From Archangium sp. (GTDB lineage Bacteria; Myxococcota; Myxococcia; Myxococcales; Myxococcaceae), in contig JANLPS010000395.1 in the NCBI GenBank assembly GCA_031367385.1, positions 1 to 15,396 on the forward strand: DNA of 15,396 nt. Direction: 5' to 3'. Made by a program: the position numbers and the translations under genes. Positions 15,256 to 15,396 of this stretch are shown one piece after another. Every line of letters starts with the position of its first letter. Within the stretch, counting starts at the first letter, position 1. The notes under the pieces were generated by a model. The model saw only the letters and a list, made by a program, of their open reading frames with translations, did not search any database and had not been told where the DNA came from.

Positions 15256-15396
15256 CTAGTACTACTTGCTCACTTAGTCGAGGCATGATCTTCGGTGGTG
15301 ATGAACCGAAAGAGCCTGAAACGGTTAGACACCGCTCTGTCGTCGTTTCTCGACGAGATGTTCGACGGAATGGGTAGGCGTGAGCGCGTCGAGGCA
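15256..15396 (+). mobile_element. Left end of an IS701-family insertion sequence (truncated by the window edge)
   Basis: CTAG at 15256-15259 followed by TACTACTTGCTC. A YTAG target abutting a TACTAC-type end is characteristic of IS701-family elements. A transposase-like ORF starts ~40 nt inside. The right end is not visible. Confidence 0.7.
15301..15396 (+). CDS. IS701-family transposase, N-terminal 32 codons (partial)
   Basis: Hand translation MNRKSLKRLDTALSSFLDEMFDGMGRRERVEA, open to the window end. It resembles the 'L..LD..L..(Y/F)L..M..GMGR.ER..A' N-terminus I recall for myxobacterial IS701 transposases. GGTGG lies just upstream. Confidence 0.7.
   Translation, partial: MNRKSLKRLDTALSSFLDEMFDGMGRRERVEA

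Overview
GC-rich bacterial DNA, most likely Myxococcota (inferred from myxobacterial Cys-rich repeats, DAG linkers, tandem ~1000-aa CarboxypepD_reg-repeat proteins and a PP2C-cNMP fusion). A ~12.4 kb run of ten co-oriented minus-strand genes reads, in transcription order: yacG, a membrane/TPR-like hypothetical, a small FHA protein, a PP2C phosphatase-cNMP fusion, a FadL/OmpP1-type outer-membrane barrel, two paralogous ~1000-aa membrane-anchored beta-sandwich repeat proteins, coaBC, a family-4 uracil-DNA glycosylase, and an esterase truncated by the window edge. A perfect 16-bp inverted repeat separates the barrel gene from the two repeat-protein genes. Divergently on the plus strand are a Cys-rich/FG-GAP lipoprotein and an M43 metalloprotease with a DAG-repeat linker and PPC domain. 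The left end of an IS701-family element follows at a CTAG site. The most notable candidate system is the envelope/signalling block: the paralogue pair shares an inserted CxxCG-x3-L-x-C module and sits next to the FadL-like channel, the cNMP-gated phosphatase and the FHA protein. Its function is inference only. No rRNA, tRNA or CRISPR array was seen.
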